From Phallusia mammillata (lineage: Eukaryota): a stretch of 64,000 nucleotides of DNA. The position numbers and the translations under genes are program-made. The DNA is taken from NCBI GenBank assembly GCA_965637545.1, contig OZ281494.1, forward strand, positions 14,384,001 to 14,448,000. The letters run 5' to 3'. Below the pieces are notes generated by a model, which did no database searches, had not been told where the DNA came from, and saw nothing but the letters and a program-made list of their open reading frames with translations. This document shows, in pieces, positions 25,701 through 39,300 of this stretch (position 1 is its first letter; each line of letters starts with the position of its first letter).

Positions 25701-28700
25701 TACAATGGGATGTGCCTTCAACCCCTGACGGCTTTATAACTGGCTACAAGTATAAGTGACGGGTTGATATAGTTGTCGACTGTCGTACAGTTTTTTATTT
25801 TTTTATTATTTTACGATTATTGTACTGCCCCCGGTTTTAATGCTTTATTGTTTAGTTTAATGCTTTATATTAACTGCTAACTGTGCACAAAGCTTGTATT
25901 ATTTTTGCTGCATCCATTTTTTTAACACGACGTCTTTTTGAAATTTAATTAGAGCAAAAACATCAGATAAAAACGGCAATTAGTAACACTAAAATCAAAA
26001 ATGTCGATGGCGGCAAGGAAACTGCAACAAAGTTTCATTAGCTGTAACTTATCAATAATTATTTTAAGGATTATGTGGGGACCAGGAATGTCATTGACCG
26101 TCGGCATTTCTGTTACTTTGTACGAAATGACGGGGCTAGAACCTTACACAACTTACAACGTGCAAGTCTTGGCCATAACAACTGCTGGAGAAAGTGACGG
26201 TGTTACAGTGAAAGCACAAACTGCCGAAGACGGTTTGTATTGAAAATATAAAAAGCTACTTTTGTAACGAAACAAGTGTTTTAATTAATAGCTATTTTGT
26301 CCCTGTTCTAGTACCCGATCCACCAACTCTCTTCTTGTTTTTAAACGCAAACAATACTTTTACTGTGACTCTTTCCCATGCAACACCACTAAAGGGATTA
26401 GTACTATTTAACGTGCTCACTATAAGGTAATATTTGGAGTTCTGATAAGGAAGCGTGTATTTATAGCAATCATCAAGCTGACGCAACTGTTTCCTTTTTC
26501 AGCCAAGATACCTCTGAATGCATAAGAGTGCTTGATCTAACGTGCTACAACGTTACAGTTGCATTACCGGGTGATCAAACAAAGTATACTACAGATATTC
26601 TGTCAGCTTCTAGGTATGTCATAGATAAAGGCTTCCCGCCTTGGGTGATTATTTCCGCATATGGGCCTTTTTTCATTTATTTATGCGGTGCTCCCCCGCC
26701 TTTTTGGTGTTGGCGCGCTACAAAACTACACTTTGATTTAGCGTTATTATTTCAACCTGCAGTTTGTTCCCAGAGGTAGCAAAGCTATCATTTCCTGTGG
26801 TGCTTTAAAGTCTCTCACTGCTTACTAGTGTGCTACAAAGCATGCAATGGTTGATAATATTGATTTAATACAACAGGTTACGTTTATAGTGTGTCGTTTT
26901 TTTCGTTGAAATTGTGAAAAACCCGTGGAATTGGATTAAAACGCTGATTAAGTTGCTGAGCGGACTTACATGGACGGTTTCCTGTGCTACGTTAAGTGTA
27001 CAAATGTTTATTTTTTAGAACTTTTGTATTTTCTGTGATGGCAAATACGTCTGTTGGATATAGCAACGCAGTTACAACTACAGCAACCACTGCTGCATCT
27101 GGTAACGATAATACAAAAAAATAACAAAAATATTTGCTTGTTGTTTTGTAATAATACGTGTCCCTGTAGTTTGAACTTTCTAATTGGGCATGCTCATATC
27201 ACAGAAATATTATTCGTATGTTGATGTTAAAACAGCCGTCGAGCAGACTACTACAACAGAAGCTATATTAACCTCAACTATACCATTACCAACTACAACC
27301 TTGTCAACAACGACGTCGGTAAACACGTTTCCAGTAACATCCACGACAAAATTAACACTGCCAACAAACGCAACGACTTCGACCACAATACCGACTACAA
27401 CAACAAACACAACTTCAACTACATTACCAACAACTGCAACGATCAAATTTACCACTCAGCAAAGTCAAGGTAGCCTTACTAACCATTACTGAGTGTCACT
27501 GTTCATTTTTATGCAAAGTCTGATGCGACAAATTCGATTTGTTCACACAGTGCTACAACCAATACGTGGAGTGAGACCCGATGTCGAGGTGAGTCAACAG
27601 CTTCCTGGGCGCCTAAGAGAGCACGCGTTTGCCATCCAGCACCCCTGCCTCTTACTTACACGTTTGTTCGTCTCAAATGATGCCCATAGTTCGGTTTTAG
27701 ATTTAGTTGTCAAAGAAGTAGGTGCGGATCATACAGGTGAGCATAGGCCTACAAGTTGCTGTTAATGGTCCAGATGGAATATAGACACGTTTTCGTGATA
27801 CAAATACAAAATAACACCAACCTTCTAAAGTTTACCTCAAACAGTAACAAAGTTGCTGGGCATATACTACCATAAGGTCATATACAGGATGCGTTTGATT
27901 TCTTCTAAAAAAATATATGAAAAAACACCAAGTAGGTCAGTACTCGCAAACTACATATATGTACTTCTATAGAAGACAATGTGCGCCTGGTTTTAGATAC
28001 GGAAATAGGTGTATGGGCAACATCTATTACACAGGACCCGATTGGTCTGTATGTTGCTGCATCCTTGTCTTGCTCCTCATCGGCACGAAAACGTAGAAAT
28101 CTCGATCCCGATAATGAACGTTTTATCGTTGGTAAGTGCAAGCAATATCTAATGAGTAAATGAATAATGATTAAAGTCAAGTAGTGACTCTACTGAAATA
28201 CTTCAATGTTGTGTTCGGAGTTAAAATTTAGAATTAACCCTAAAGTATTTTTTTACTTGAGTAGCCATGTTGCTTGTTGGTTTTATCGGATACCCCTATT
28301 TTATTAAAAAAGGAGGTGTGAGTTTGTAATGGAGCAGTCAATAAGATAACACAATTTCTAGATTCGACGCCAAGCGCGATGTAGAACGTTTAAACATTTA
28401 AAAAATCCAGGTCAGGACCAGACATGCAAGAGAGATGAACTAGAGGTGTGCAACGGACCCTTGCCACAAAATCGTTCTTACGAAGTTGCGATTCGCTTAA
28501 GAAACGTATTATTCACATCCGAGTTAACAGATTTTTCTGAACCGGTCTCCATTTTAGGTAAAGCGTTACTGTTTTATCATTTTTTTGCTGAGTCTCACCA
28601 AAGAAATTAACTTGTTCGTTCCATAACAATTTTTGATTTTAAATCTGCTGTGAATTAAAAGCTTAATTACTTTTAGGTTGCCTTGGACAATGCAATCAGC

Positions 28701-31700
28701 GTCCTGTTTGTGGAGCTTCATCCGAAAGCATCAAGCAATCTGAATGCACAGGTAAAAACAACGTGTAGCTCTCTACCAAAACACCAACTTCAATATGTCA
28801 CCGTTCCCATGGTCATCATGTGGGTTGTCACAAACTGATGCGGGTGGTTAGATTAGATGCCAACTTGACTGGTTCCACCCACGATTCCCCCCAGTCTCGA
28901 CGTCCTAACGTCCCAATGCAATTGTGTTACTGCGATTATTTCACCGAGCAAAATAAACTTAACTCAACAGTCCACACTGTTTTGGCCTATATGTGGCTTA
29001 TATTAATGCCCGCTTACTATATAATTGATTATGGACTCATGCTTTATATAGTTTTTTTTAACATTGGGATAAATCAAACCACAACAATATAATTGAATCC
29101 AGAACAAAAGTGGCATTATTGAACAATAATGTTTTGTGCAGTTAGCTGCGTAGCAACAACGATAAACAAGGACGAAATGAACTTTCAGTTTTTGAACACT
29201 CTTACGAGATTGGTCGCTTATTCTACAGAACGCTGCACTTTTACAGGTTTGTTTCATATTTATGATTCCTTTTTCTGGAATTTACCCTGTTTGCTTGATA
29301 TAGGTCAACCTTTGGCATCAGTTCCATGCGTTGAAAGTCAAACGGCAGATGGATTTTATGAGGGAAACTTTATTATTTCTTTGTTGGTGGTAATACCATG
29401 CCGAAACATGTCCATTACCGACACTATACTAATGGTAAAGCTATATAGAAAGCAAAACCGTTATAAATATGCTTAAGTAACAAGTAGGCCTACTGCTTAC
29501 TTTTTACCAAATTTATATGATTCCCCTTTTAGAATGATGTGACAGTAATTAACGAAACTGAACTGCAACAAGTATTAGTGGAGCTTGATATTAGAACTTC
29601 AGATGCTGATGTCTTGAACGAAGAAGATGTGATCTCAACTGTCAATTTTGTGCTGTCTATCAGTTCAGTTTCAACAAACGTTGAGGTAAGCAAGAGTAAA
29701 AAGTATTGGATTATCTAAACTTAACAACATGTGAAAATGTAAACTGAAGGAAAATTGTACACGACACAATAGCCACCTCAGTTCAATATTCAATCTGATT
29801 TGAGTGGGATAAACCGTACATCAAAATTCAGATTACTCAGTCTTCGTACCGAAGCGTGATTGCCATTGGTGACCACGTGAGCAGTTTTCAGATGTTCAAT
29901 CGGAGTACAGGGATTGTTAACCAGTCGGCTCTTATTGAATCACTAACTTTGCTAGCTTACCGTGTACCGGCGCTTTCAAACCAAACATTGGACGTCTTGA
30001 CTCCAAACGTTGCGGCAAGGGTAAGTTTCCGTTCCAACCGACGATCTTCACTTCTTTACATATAAAAATAAGAAACTCGGCTTAAGAAGGAAACACATTT
30101 AAGTTCAGGGCATCACAAAGAAAAAATATAATGACAAAGTTTGCAGGTACTTAATATAGCAAAACAACAAAAAGCTGTTGCATACCGACCCAAACTCTAC
30201 AACGCAAGAGGGCAGCTGTACTCCCCTGCATCGATTAAAGTGCCAATAGATGCTGTTTTGAGGGGCCGATCAACCAACAATCTGGCAGTGAGGGTTGTAT
30301 TTATACTCCATAGCTCCAGCATTCTTTTTTATTCAAATGATACTGCGAGAGTGGTAAGATGTCATTAACGACTTGGCAAGATTTGAATCTGAAACATTGT
30401 CAAATAATTCTCACGATCGCAGGTGATTTCGGCAAACATCGAAGGAAATCGCGTGGAGGGTCTTACAAATTACGTAAACACAACGTATATCGATGAACCA
30501 ACCACGGCAGGGTTTTCTCAGAACGATTCAACAGTAAAGGTTGCAACAATTAATGCCAAGTGTTTTTTACATGAACTCATGTTCATGCCGTAAGACGGCT
30601 TGCCTCCAGTTTTAGATCCTAACTTCTTTTCTAAGTTACTTTTTATAAGTTTACATTTGCATGGTTCGTAGTAGAAATAGAAGCCGACTAGTTTATCAAT
30701 TGTTCCGCTGGTAACCTAGTCACTCACAAAAAATATCACGATCGTAGTTATAAAAATACAAATATTCAACTTCATTTTACCAGGCCTATTTTGTCAATCA
30801 AACGTGCGTATTTTGGAATTTTACAATCAATGATTGGTCAACGGAAGGATGTTGTCTTGTGCCGGACACAGATTCACCCCAATGTAGGTGCAACCATCTG
30901 ACGAACTTTGCACTTTTGGTGGTATGTTAATGTGTGATTTTTGCAAGTGTTGTTTTGGTATACAAATTAGCTTGTAAGATTTCGAAATAGCACACTATAT
31001 TTCAACGAAATGACTTATTTAAGAAATTTTTTTGTGACGAAGAAATGTGTCAAATTAAATAAAACTTAGTGCAATAAAAACGCTTTTCAGAGTATACACG
31101 ATGTTCCTCCTCGAATCTCATTACAAATTGTCACGTACGTCTGTGCGTCATTGTCGATCACCTGTCTCTTAGCAACCGCAGTAATTCTATTGGCTTCAAA
31201 GTGAGTACAAACATCTTGCAAGATTTAAAACTTACTTTTATTAAATAGCACCCAACTAAAGCGGCCAGAAATTAATTCTTAAGCAATGGCAAAGGTTTCC
31301 AACCTATTGACAATTTATTCATCACGGTCTTGCGGTTTCTTAGGCACTCGAGATCCAAGTTTTAAACACATCGTTGAAGTTAAACAGTTATCTTAAAACG
31401 TCTCACCTCAACTAACAGTTACTAACTAAAATCATACCTTACATTAATTTTGCTAACTTAAATACCGACAGGAGTCGCGAAGAACAGAATTATTTAATTT
31501 AACCGTTAAAGGGAAATGGGTTTAGCAACCAAATTTATAGTTGGAAACTAACTTTTTTAGTTTGATTTTATGTTATTTTTAATCATAAAACGTTAAACCT
31601 AACCCAAACAGTTCTAACCGTTAATATTTTTACCTATTTTTTACTATTAAATATTTAGCAGTACTCTTTGCGCTATCTATCGATATTTAGCAAACTTTAA

Positions 31701-33761
31701 GTGATTTAGTGCATTTTACGCATATCGTAGAACATCCCAGTTTGTTGTGTTAGAAACAACACCAAAACACTGGTTCTCGATTTTTTTATTTCGGCGATTT
31801 GACATGAAATAAAGTGTATGATGACTTTATAGTTGATACGGACAACAGTGGGAAGCGCTAAAGCTATAGAGTTAAACTTTTTAGTTTTCTTTTACAAATT
31901 TAACAAAATTGCCCATTAAAAAACGTTACTAAAAGGCCACCAAAATAAAATTGTTTATTTGGACAGAGAATTAAGAAAACGTACACCGATGCAGGTTCTC
32001 ATTATACTTTGTGTCGTCCTTGCTGTCGTCTATTTCATTTTTATGGTTGGCATCGAAAATCGAATTAACGAAGATAGATGTATCGTCACTGCCATATTGC
32101 TGCAATATTTCCTTTTAAGTGCTTGGTGCTGGATGGCTGTGTACGCCAATGTTCTGTACTCAGGCCTCGTCAAGGTAATTTTCGTTTGTTTCCTAAATCA
32201 TCCTTACATCGGTTTTAGTAGTTTGTTACCGAGTTTGTGCCGAAAACTATCAGTAAATTTAAAAAGAAAAAAGATTCGCTGGGCTATATTGGCATTGGTC
32301 AAAATAAATGTTGCGTTTTAGGTTTTTCATCAGTTCAAACGACATTATCTACGAAAAGCTTGCGCATTTGCGTTTGGACTTCCAACAATAATAGTTGCAC
32401 TAAATGTCGGAATAATAGAAGCCACCAAACCAGTACCAAATGTTTTATCTGTATGTGGTAAAGGATCAGATCGAGGTATTCAGCCTATATTATATAATAA
32501 CCTCTTGATAAGTGGATTTTATTTGTTCACTTTTTGTCTAGCTACGTCTTTGCCGTTTGCTGAATCGTTTCTTGCTGAAAACATGTGTTGGATCAAAGGC
32601 TACTCACTTTATTTCTCGTTTCTTCTTCCGGTGGGAACAATTCTGTTGCACAACATCGTGGTGTTTGTTTTGATCTTTAAATCGATCACTGCTGAAAGCG
32701 TAAGAGAAGCCAATTTAATGCATATTAGTTGCCCTGACACGAAAAATAGGCGTACAACATTTACTATCGCCAAAAAGGTACACAAATTACGGTTTTAAAA
32801 ATCCCAACCAGAAACAAACAAGCCAGTATACTAGTAAAAAACATGACGTTTCGACTGCAACTTGTGTCATGAGAACGTCATGTTTTATACTAATATACTG
32901 GCTTATTTATTTCTGGTTCGAGAAGAAAAACTTTAAATAATTTCCTGTTCGGTTTTTATGGTTTTTAAACCCCAAAACCGAACATGTCCAAAACAGATCA
33001 GAAGAACTGTGAATTGCTCCAAAATGCTTACCTGCCTTGGGAATTGAATTGTTGACCATTTTTAGACCCTTTCCCGCAATGCCATTAGACATTTTCCAAT
33101 TGCTATGACAACCGGCGCCATGCTTGGTTTGGTATGGATCCTTGCGTTCTTTATGATGTTGGCTGACGATCCGGTTTATCTTACTATAATGTCATGGATA
33201 TTCTCAATTGCATCAGCAACACAGGTAACAATTCATTTAAAGACTGTCGCGCAACTCACTTATGCTTATTGCCGCTACAACTTTTGTGCGAATATTTTTG
33301 ATTTAATTTAAGAACAACCACATAAACCAAAAACAGTGAAGAGCCCTCTGAAGTTACATCGGTTTTAATCTGTCCAATATAACGATAGTGGTAACTGTTT
33401 TCAAGGTGAGGTTGGAGCGACTGGGGTCAACAAATTGCGATGTTCTTACCTCACATTTTTGACGTATAATAAGAACTTAGCTGATTTTTTTTTAATTACT
33501 ACCCAAAAATAAATTGCTGTTTTACGTTCATTTCAACTTTTTTATGAATACTCTATACTTCTATAACGATCTATAATTTAGTTTTTAAAGAAGTGTCCGA
33601 AAAGAACGGCTTAATGTAGTGAAATAATACTTTTTAACGTTGCTCATGGTAGTTTTGTTGTTTCTCAGGGTGTTCTAATCTTTTACCTGATGTGTGTGCG
33701 AGAGGGTGGCGTCAGACAATTTTGGTTTCCCATTTTGCGCGAACTTGTTTGTGACCGATAA
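16747..33761 (+). CDS. Adhesion GPCR paralog 2, complete: signal peptide - CUB - EGF - 2xFN3 - CUB - EGF - ~7xFN3 - Thr-rich stalk - RPTP-juxtamembrane-like module - Cys-rich linker - HRM-like - GAIN/GPS - 7TM
   Basis: ATG 16747 with signal peptide MSWSQQLILSSLVAFFALVTG. CUB exons 16940-17978 and 20814-21693 (SPNFPSPY, GRGFLLVY). EGF exons 18098-18226 and ~22014-22127. FN3 exons 18885-20622 and 22238-27101 (e.g. GLEPYTTYNVQVLA, WVEPVAPNGIITAY). Thr-rich 27236-27468. CNGPL module 27551-28557. GPS 30784-30921. TM exons 31091-33761. About 43 exons; first stop TAA 33759-33761. Confidence 0.9.
17112..17288. mobile_element. hAT-type MITE inserted at an exon/intron junction of aGPCR-2
   Basis: TIRs CAGTGGCGGGATTCA / TGAATCCCACCACTG. 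Perfect 8-bp TSD GGTAAATC (17104-17111, 17289-17296). Related copy at 49532-49710. Confidence 0.9.
19389..19808. mobile_element. hAT (Buster/Charlie-type) MITE, ~420 bp, intronic
   Basis: TIRs CAGTGGTTCCCAAAC / GTTTGGGAACCGCTG. TSD GTGTAGGA/GTGTAGAA. Closely similar inverted copy at 45821-46227. Confidence 0.9.
30784..30921 (+). other. GPS motif exon of aGPCR-2 (HL|T intact)
   Basis: AYFVNQTCVFWNFTINDWSTEGCCLVPDTDSPQCRCNHLTNFALLV. Confidence 0.95.
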
Positions 33762-34069
33762 TCCCATCTCGAAAACAACAACCAACAACAAAACTCCAAG
33801 TCAAAGGTTGCCACGTTGTCAACTTTACAAACAGCCAACAACCCTGCTTTGCGAATGTAGAACTGACAACAGCAACTGAACAAACCAGGTTTACTTATTA
33901 AGATTTCCATACTTTTCAAGAAAATGAAAAGAGAAAAAATACGTTTGTGGCGTTGTCAGATAAGTTTTCCAATTGGAATGTGTGTACATAAATCATTTTG
34001 TGTGACTACTTTCGTGTTTCATACAGTGAAGCGTTGTTAATATTTCCCAGTGCTAATCACCCTCTATGC

Positions 34070-34949
34070 CAGGGGTTCTTAAACTGGGGGGCGCGCCCCC
34101 CGAGGGGGGCGTGAAGGGTTCGCAAGGGGGGCGCAGCACAATCTGGCTGCAAAGTTTTCACTTGCAACAATTGTAAATGAATGCATTGGAATTATGTCGG
34201 CACTGATTTCGAAACTTTTCTGCGCTGCCGGCCGGATATGTTTAATACTAATTCGCGCCTGCCGCATAGTTTACAAGCCCTGGTGCCGTCTTCTCAAGCT
34301 TAGCCCACGAGGCGAATGTTATGGGGGCGCAAAGATATATGGTCTTTCTAAAAAGCCTATTTAAAATCTGTTAAATTGTATAGTTAGTCTCATATTACAA
34401 GGAATGTTTGTATATTACGTCACAAGTAACACAATAAGGCAATTGTTTGTGCACAATTAACACTTTTTGTTTTGTCTGTGACGTAATAAACTGGCTTTGG
34501 ATCAATCCTGGGCGTTGCAATCCTATGAAAGTCGGTAATATTAATTTTACATGTCGTAACAGTAAACTTTCGTAAGGATTAGATTAATTTTTGACAGTAA
34601 CAAAGTTATCAATACGTTTTGGCAAACCTAAAAAATGGGATCGTGGGCCGTAGTTTGGTGACCCCTGTACTATATAGTCGGCTGCACATTCTTTATTTGT
34701 TCGCAATTTCGCATTAGAGATTGCCTTGACTTTTAGTGCATCAACATTTTTTGGGCAACATATGCGTAGTTTACAAGAATACTGGCACTGTGGCTCTATG
34801 CGCGCTCAAAGAATACTGGCAACGTGGCTCTGTGCGCGCGTTTTCAAAAGACAAGACAAGCATCATCAGTGCTAACGTTTTTTAGGGGGGCGTGAGAATA
34901 AATAAATAGTGTCAAGTGGGGCACGGCCGAAAAAGTTTAAGAACCCCTG
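34070..34949. mobile_element. Non-autonomous hAT (Buster/Charlie-type) element, 880 bp
   Basis: TIRs CAGGGGTTCTTAAACT / AGTTTAAGAACCCCTG. Perfect TSD CTCTATGC. Confidence 0.92.
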
Positions 34950-36364
34950 CTCTATGCGTTCTTCAAAAGCTGTTATATATCCAAGATTCGTTTTCGAGCT
35001 CCAGCAAGATGTTAAAAGGGTAGGGCTTTTTTAGGTCGTGTATAAAGAAATGCCTTGTCAAACGAAAAATGCTGCCCAGACTAATGTATAATGGTGCAAA
35101 TCTTCAAAGTACTAGTAATTGAAATCCAAATTTCCAGTTCTAATGTAGTTAGACTTGTTTTTCGGTACAACACTAACTGAATGCCTCGATGGCGTACCGG
35201 GAATTGATTGGTATGGGGCGATATTCGTTTGCTGCGGGGGTATGTTTTTAGGTTGTTTGGGATTGCACACTTACAAAAAAAGTAGCACTTCCTTGCACTT
35301 GCAGTAGTTATGTTAGCTTGGATGTACGGTGAAAGTTTATATGGTAGAAGATTTGTTCAGTGCGTGTTGAAATTCTTTTGAAAATTGGTTTTGGAGAGTT
35401 CGTTGGAGACAAGTATAATGTTTAAAATGATGGCAAAACCCGCCTAAAAGCCCTGTAGTTCAGCATTGAGATTTCTGTCAAGCATGCACTTTTAGAATTC
35501 AGATGTGAACTGAGTTTTGTTATATGCGGAACAACCTTTACTTTCGGTTTTTGGATAATTTGTGCTAAAAAGCTTATAATTTAGAAACCATAGAATTTTA
35601 GCTGGTTAAAGCAACAAACCAAACTTGTTACGTCCTGGTTTTTATTTTAGCCTGATCAAAGTTGGAAAAAACATTACATTAAACTACTTCTCTGACCAGC
35701 GACACGTTTCGTAAAGTTGTTGCAATAGTAAACAATGGCCCGGTTCACTAATAATGCGTCAGACTTCGTTTTTGAATGACTCATTTTTATACTTTTGGGA
35801 ATAAATAGTAACTTGTACATTTTTTCTATTTGTAGTCATAAAATATGTGTGATCAGAATTGGATTTTTTGAATTTTATTAGTACCTTGGTTGCTCCAAAA
35901 AATCTTAAAACTGTTTGGGCTAACGCTACAAGAACTTGTGTAATGTCAATCACCCCAAAATGGTCTGGTATGGTTTGGTAACATATCACGGACAGGCGTT
36001 TGTTCATTCCTGACTTAACACACTATTAAGTAGTAATACACTAGATATATGTTGTCTTCACAAAAGGTACAATCAACAAAGAAAAAACGGAGTTACATAA
36101 AACGAACAAAAATGTTACCACGTTTAGTTTTGATATCATATCATGTTTCCAATTTCGAAACTACGCTAAGCGCACGAGTCGAAACTGAAAACGTGCAATG
36201 AACGTTAAATCCCTAAAACAGACAACTTTTAAAGTATGTTGTGTGACCGCCTTGTAAGTAACTGCATCTTTAAACGTAATTTCCATGCCGTTAGTTTTGC
36301 AACAATAAGACAAGCCAATTTCAATCTAGTTGAAGAAGAGCTCTTTTGCAGAAGAAACTGTAAA

Positions 36365-39300
36365 ATGAATTGCCAATGGTTTGCGACGGTTCTTGCTTTA
36401 TTCATTTGGGAATGTCAAGGTTTGTTCTTTTAATACATATCGAAGTTATAAAGGAGTCGTGTAGTACATTAATTAAAGAGAACCACTTGAAATTGTGCTA
36501 CAGTTTTGTAATAGGTTATTTTAATATTCTATTTAAATAAAAGTTAAATAACAATGCAAAACGGTGTATTTTATCCAACTATTGATTAAAAAATGGAAAA
36601 CTATTGGATGTTTTTTGAACCAAACATATTCTGTTAAACTGTACATGCAGAATACAAAGTAATATGAGTAAAACAAGTTACACTACTTTCTTTATAACGC
36701 TTTAAAGGTCAATCAACCATCGATTATTACCTGGAACATACAATGAAGTTTCCGCGCCGGGACAACTCTTGCAGGCCTGAGGATGGATTTTTCCGTTGTA
36801 ACAACTCGGAGTGCGTGGAAAGACATCAGATTAGGGACATAAACAATGATTGTACGGACGGGAGTGATCAGTTAGCAAGTATGTTGCAATGGTTGCAATG
36901 CGTTAAACAGCAGTTATTTTTTCCCCTTTTAATTCAATATCAGTGTGTGAATGGGCCCAGACAAACGCAGCTAAGTTCATATACTTGATCCTGGACACAG
37001 TTGAGAACGTTCACATGTTTTATGGTTCTACCACAGGATCACAGACCAAATTTCTCAATTATTAAGCATATTTAACAATTTATACTATTGTCATAACCCT
37101 ACTACGATCGTAAACGCGGTAAATCAGGTAGATTTACTAACGTACGGACTCACAGTACACAAGTTAAATACCGTAAAGCAACGCAAAGAGCATTCGCAAA
37201 TATTTCTAATTTGTCCAAAAAAAAGCTGACGGTTAGGGCTTTTAGAATTGGGCTAAGGTTTTATAATAATAAAATCAAGCTAAAAACCGAGTTTTTTATG
37301 TTAAATTTAATCCCTAACCCTATCCAAGTCTCACTGTCATTGTGAATAACTGCGCTCTTCAGGCTATTTATCAGTATTTAGCAAACTTTTCACCTTAAAT
37401 TCTTGTGTTAGTAGCCCTACCGGTAAATCAGTAGTAACGAAGTCAGCGAGTAATTTGTGAAGCAAAGAGTGATTAAACTTACCTTTGTCCAGCGCGAAAC
37501 TGTACAGACGCTGAGTTTCCTTGCCGTTTAACGACACGATGTGTGACAAGAAGACTCACTGTGGATGGTTGCGCACAAAACACAAATATGATGATTCGAT
37601 GCAGAGAGGCCGAAGGTCAGGAGATTAAAGTTTAGGCCGACACTAAGATTTCGATATTGGCTTCAAATCGAAAATACTTTGCAATGTGATTTACAATTTT
37701 ATTGCATGAATAATTAATTGTAGCTACGTAATGAATTTGTTTACTGATGGCTGGCTATATGTTTATCGGTTAGTAAGCGCGATTCTCAGGAAGGACTTAA
37801 CTGAAACAAGTGGGTTGGTTTTTATGTGCTTTGCAGTAAATTTAAAACCCCTTTTTGTTGGTTCTAGTAATGACACATACGTTAAGAAAATCTACGAACA
37901 CCATTCCTCACAGCAGCCCTACATTTAGCTACATACTGATGGGTGACGCTAAAAACACTAACACCCATTTATAACAATTTATCTCTAAAAATGTGGACGG
38001 TTAGGTCTAATTGGGTTGGGGTATCATCATGGCAATTACAATAAAAGTAATTTTAAAACGTAGTTTCTAACTTAAAATTTTCCTAAACCTGTCCCTTTTT
38101 CGCTGCTAAACAAATAATTCAGTTCGTTGCGCGACCAATTAAACATTTAGCTAAACGTGAGTCTGTCGTGAGGAAGGGTTTAGTAGCTCTATGATATTCA
38201 TTTGTTTAAGTTTGCATGTTAAGCAAATTGCTTATTATATCAATTTATTATTTGAGCAGAATTTACCTGTTCCAAAACAAGAAGGTGCATTCCCCGTTGG
38301 ATAGTAATGGACGGAAACCGAGATTGCGACAGTTTGAAATTTGCTGATGGAAGCGACGAGGAAGTAGCACTTTCCAACTGCAGAGCCAGCGAAGTACGTT
38401 GCGTTGTTCCCTTTGCCAAAGCGAAACCGACACATGGCCGATGTATTCCAAGGGAATGGGTAATGGACAACGTTACTGACTGCAAAGGATCCGGTAGCGA
38501 TGAGGCGAATGCTTTGCTGAATTGCTACAACGAAACGGAGTTCAAATGTCATGACAGTGACAGGTGCATATTAAGATATAGAGTTAGAGACGGTTTTTCC
38601 GATTGTCTAGATGGCTCTGACGAATCTGCACAGGTTTCTTGTACAGATAATGAGTTCCATTGCATGACATCTGGGAGATGTATTCCGAGGATTTGGATAG
38701 GCGACGGGGAACGTAACTGCTTGGACGGAAGCGATGAATATCCTCGAAACGCTAGTGGCTCTTGTAAGCCGAATGAGTTTACCTGTAGAAACAACAGACG
38801 CTGTATTCCACACTACATGCTGTGTGATGGCTTTGACAACTGCGGAGACTGCAGCGACGAAATTGAGTCGTGCCAAGATCCACGTATGTTTAGATGTCCC
38901 AACCAGCCACAAAAATGTCTGTCGTGGGAATATTCGTGTGACGCATTTACCGACTGTCCCAATGCAGAAGACGACTTTACAGCTTTGCCAGGTTTCAAGT
39001 GTTACAAACACGTTTCAGGCGTGACACAGCACAGGAAATATTGTAATGTGCCTCAGTGGTCTTTGCGCGATGAGCTGTCATGGTGTGATGATGATTCCGA
39101 CGTATGCTTTAAAAATGGAGTCTTCCAGTGCGCCATGTGCCTAGACAACCGAACAATAATTGCTAAACGCCAGCTGTGCGATGGTGTGCTTGACTGTCCT
39201 GACTTTTCCGACGAATGCCTTTGTTCAGATAGCTTTAACACAACAACCCTACGCGAGGTTTGTGCTAACATTTGCTATAGGGACGACAAGGCATGCGACA

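Noticed and set aside
26647-26675. TTCCGCATATGGGCCTTTTTTCA resembling part of the MULE TIR
   Set aside because: Match is short and imperfect, with no partner repeat or TSD.
37100-38110. GGTTAGGG/CCCTAACC motifs here and near 31400-31740 as interstitial telomeres
   Set aside because: Only scattered degenerate units in inverted arrangement. More likely decayed MITE subterminal repeats; ends could not be defined.
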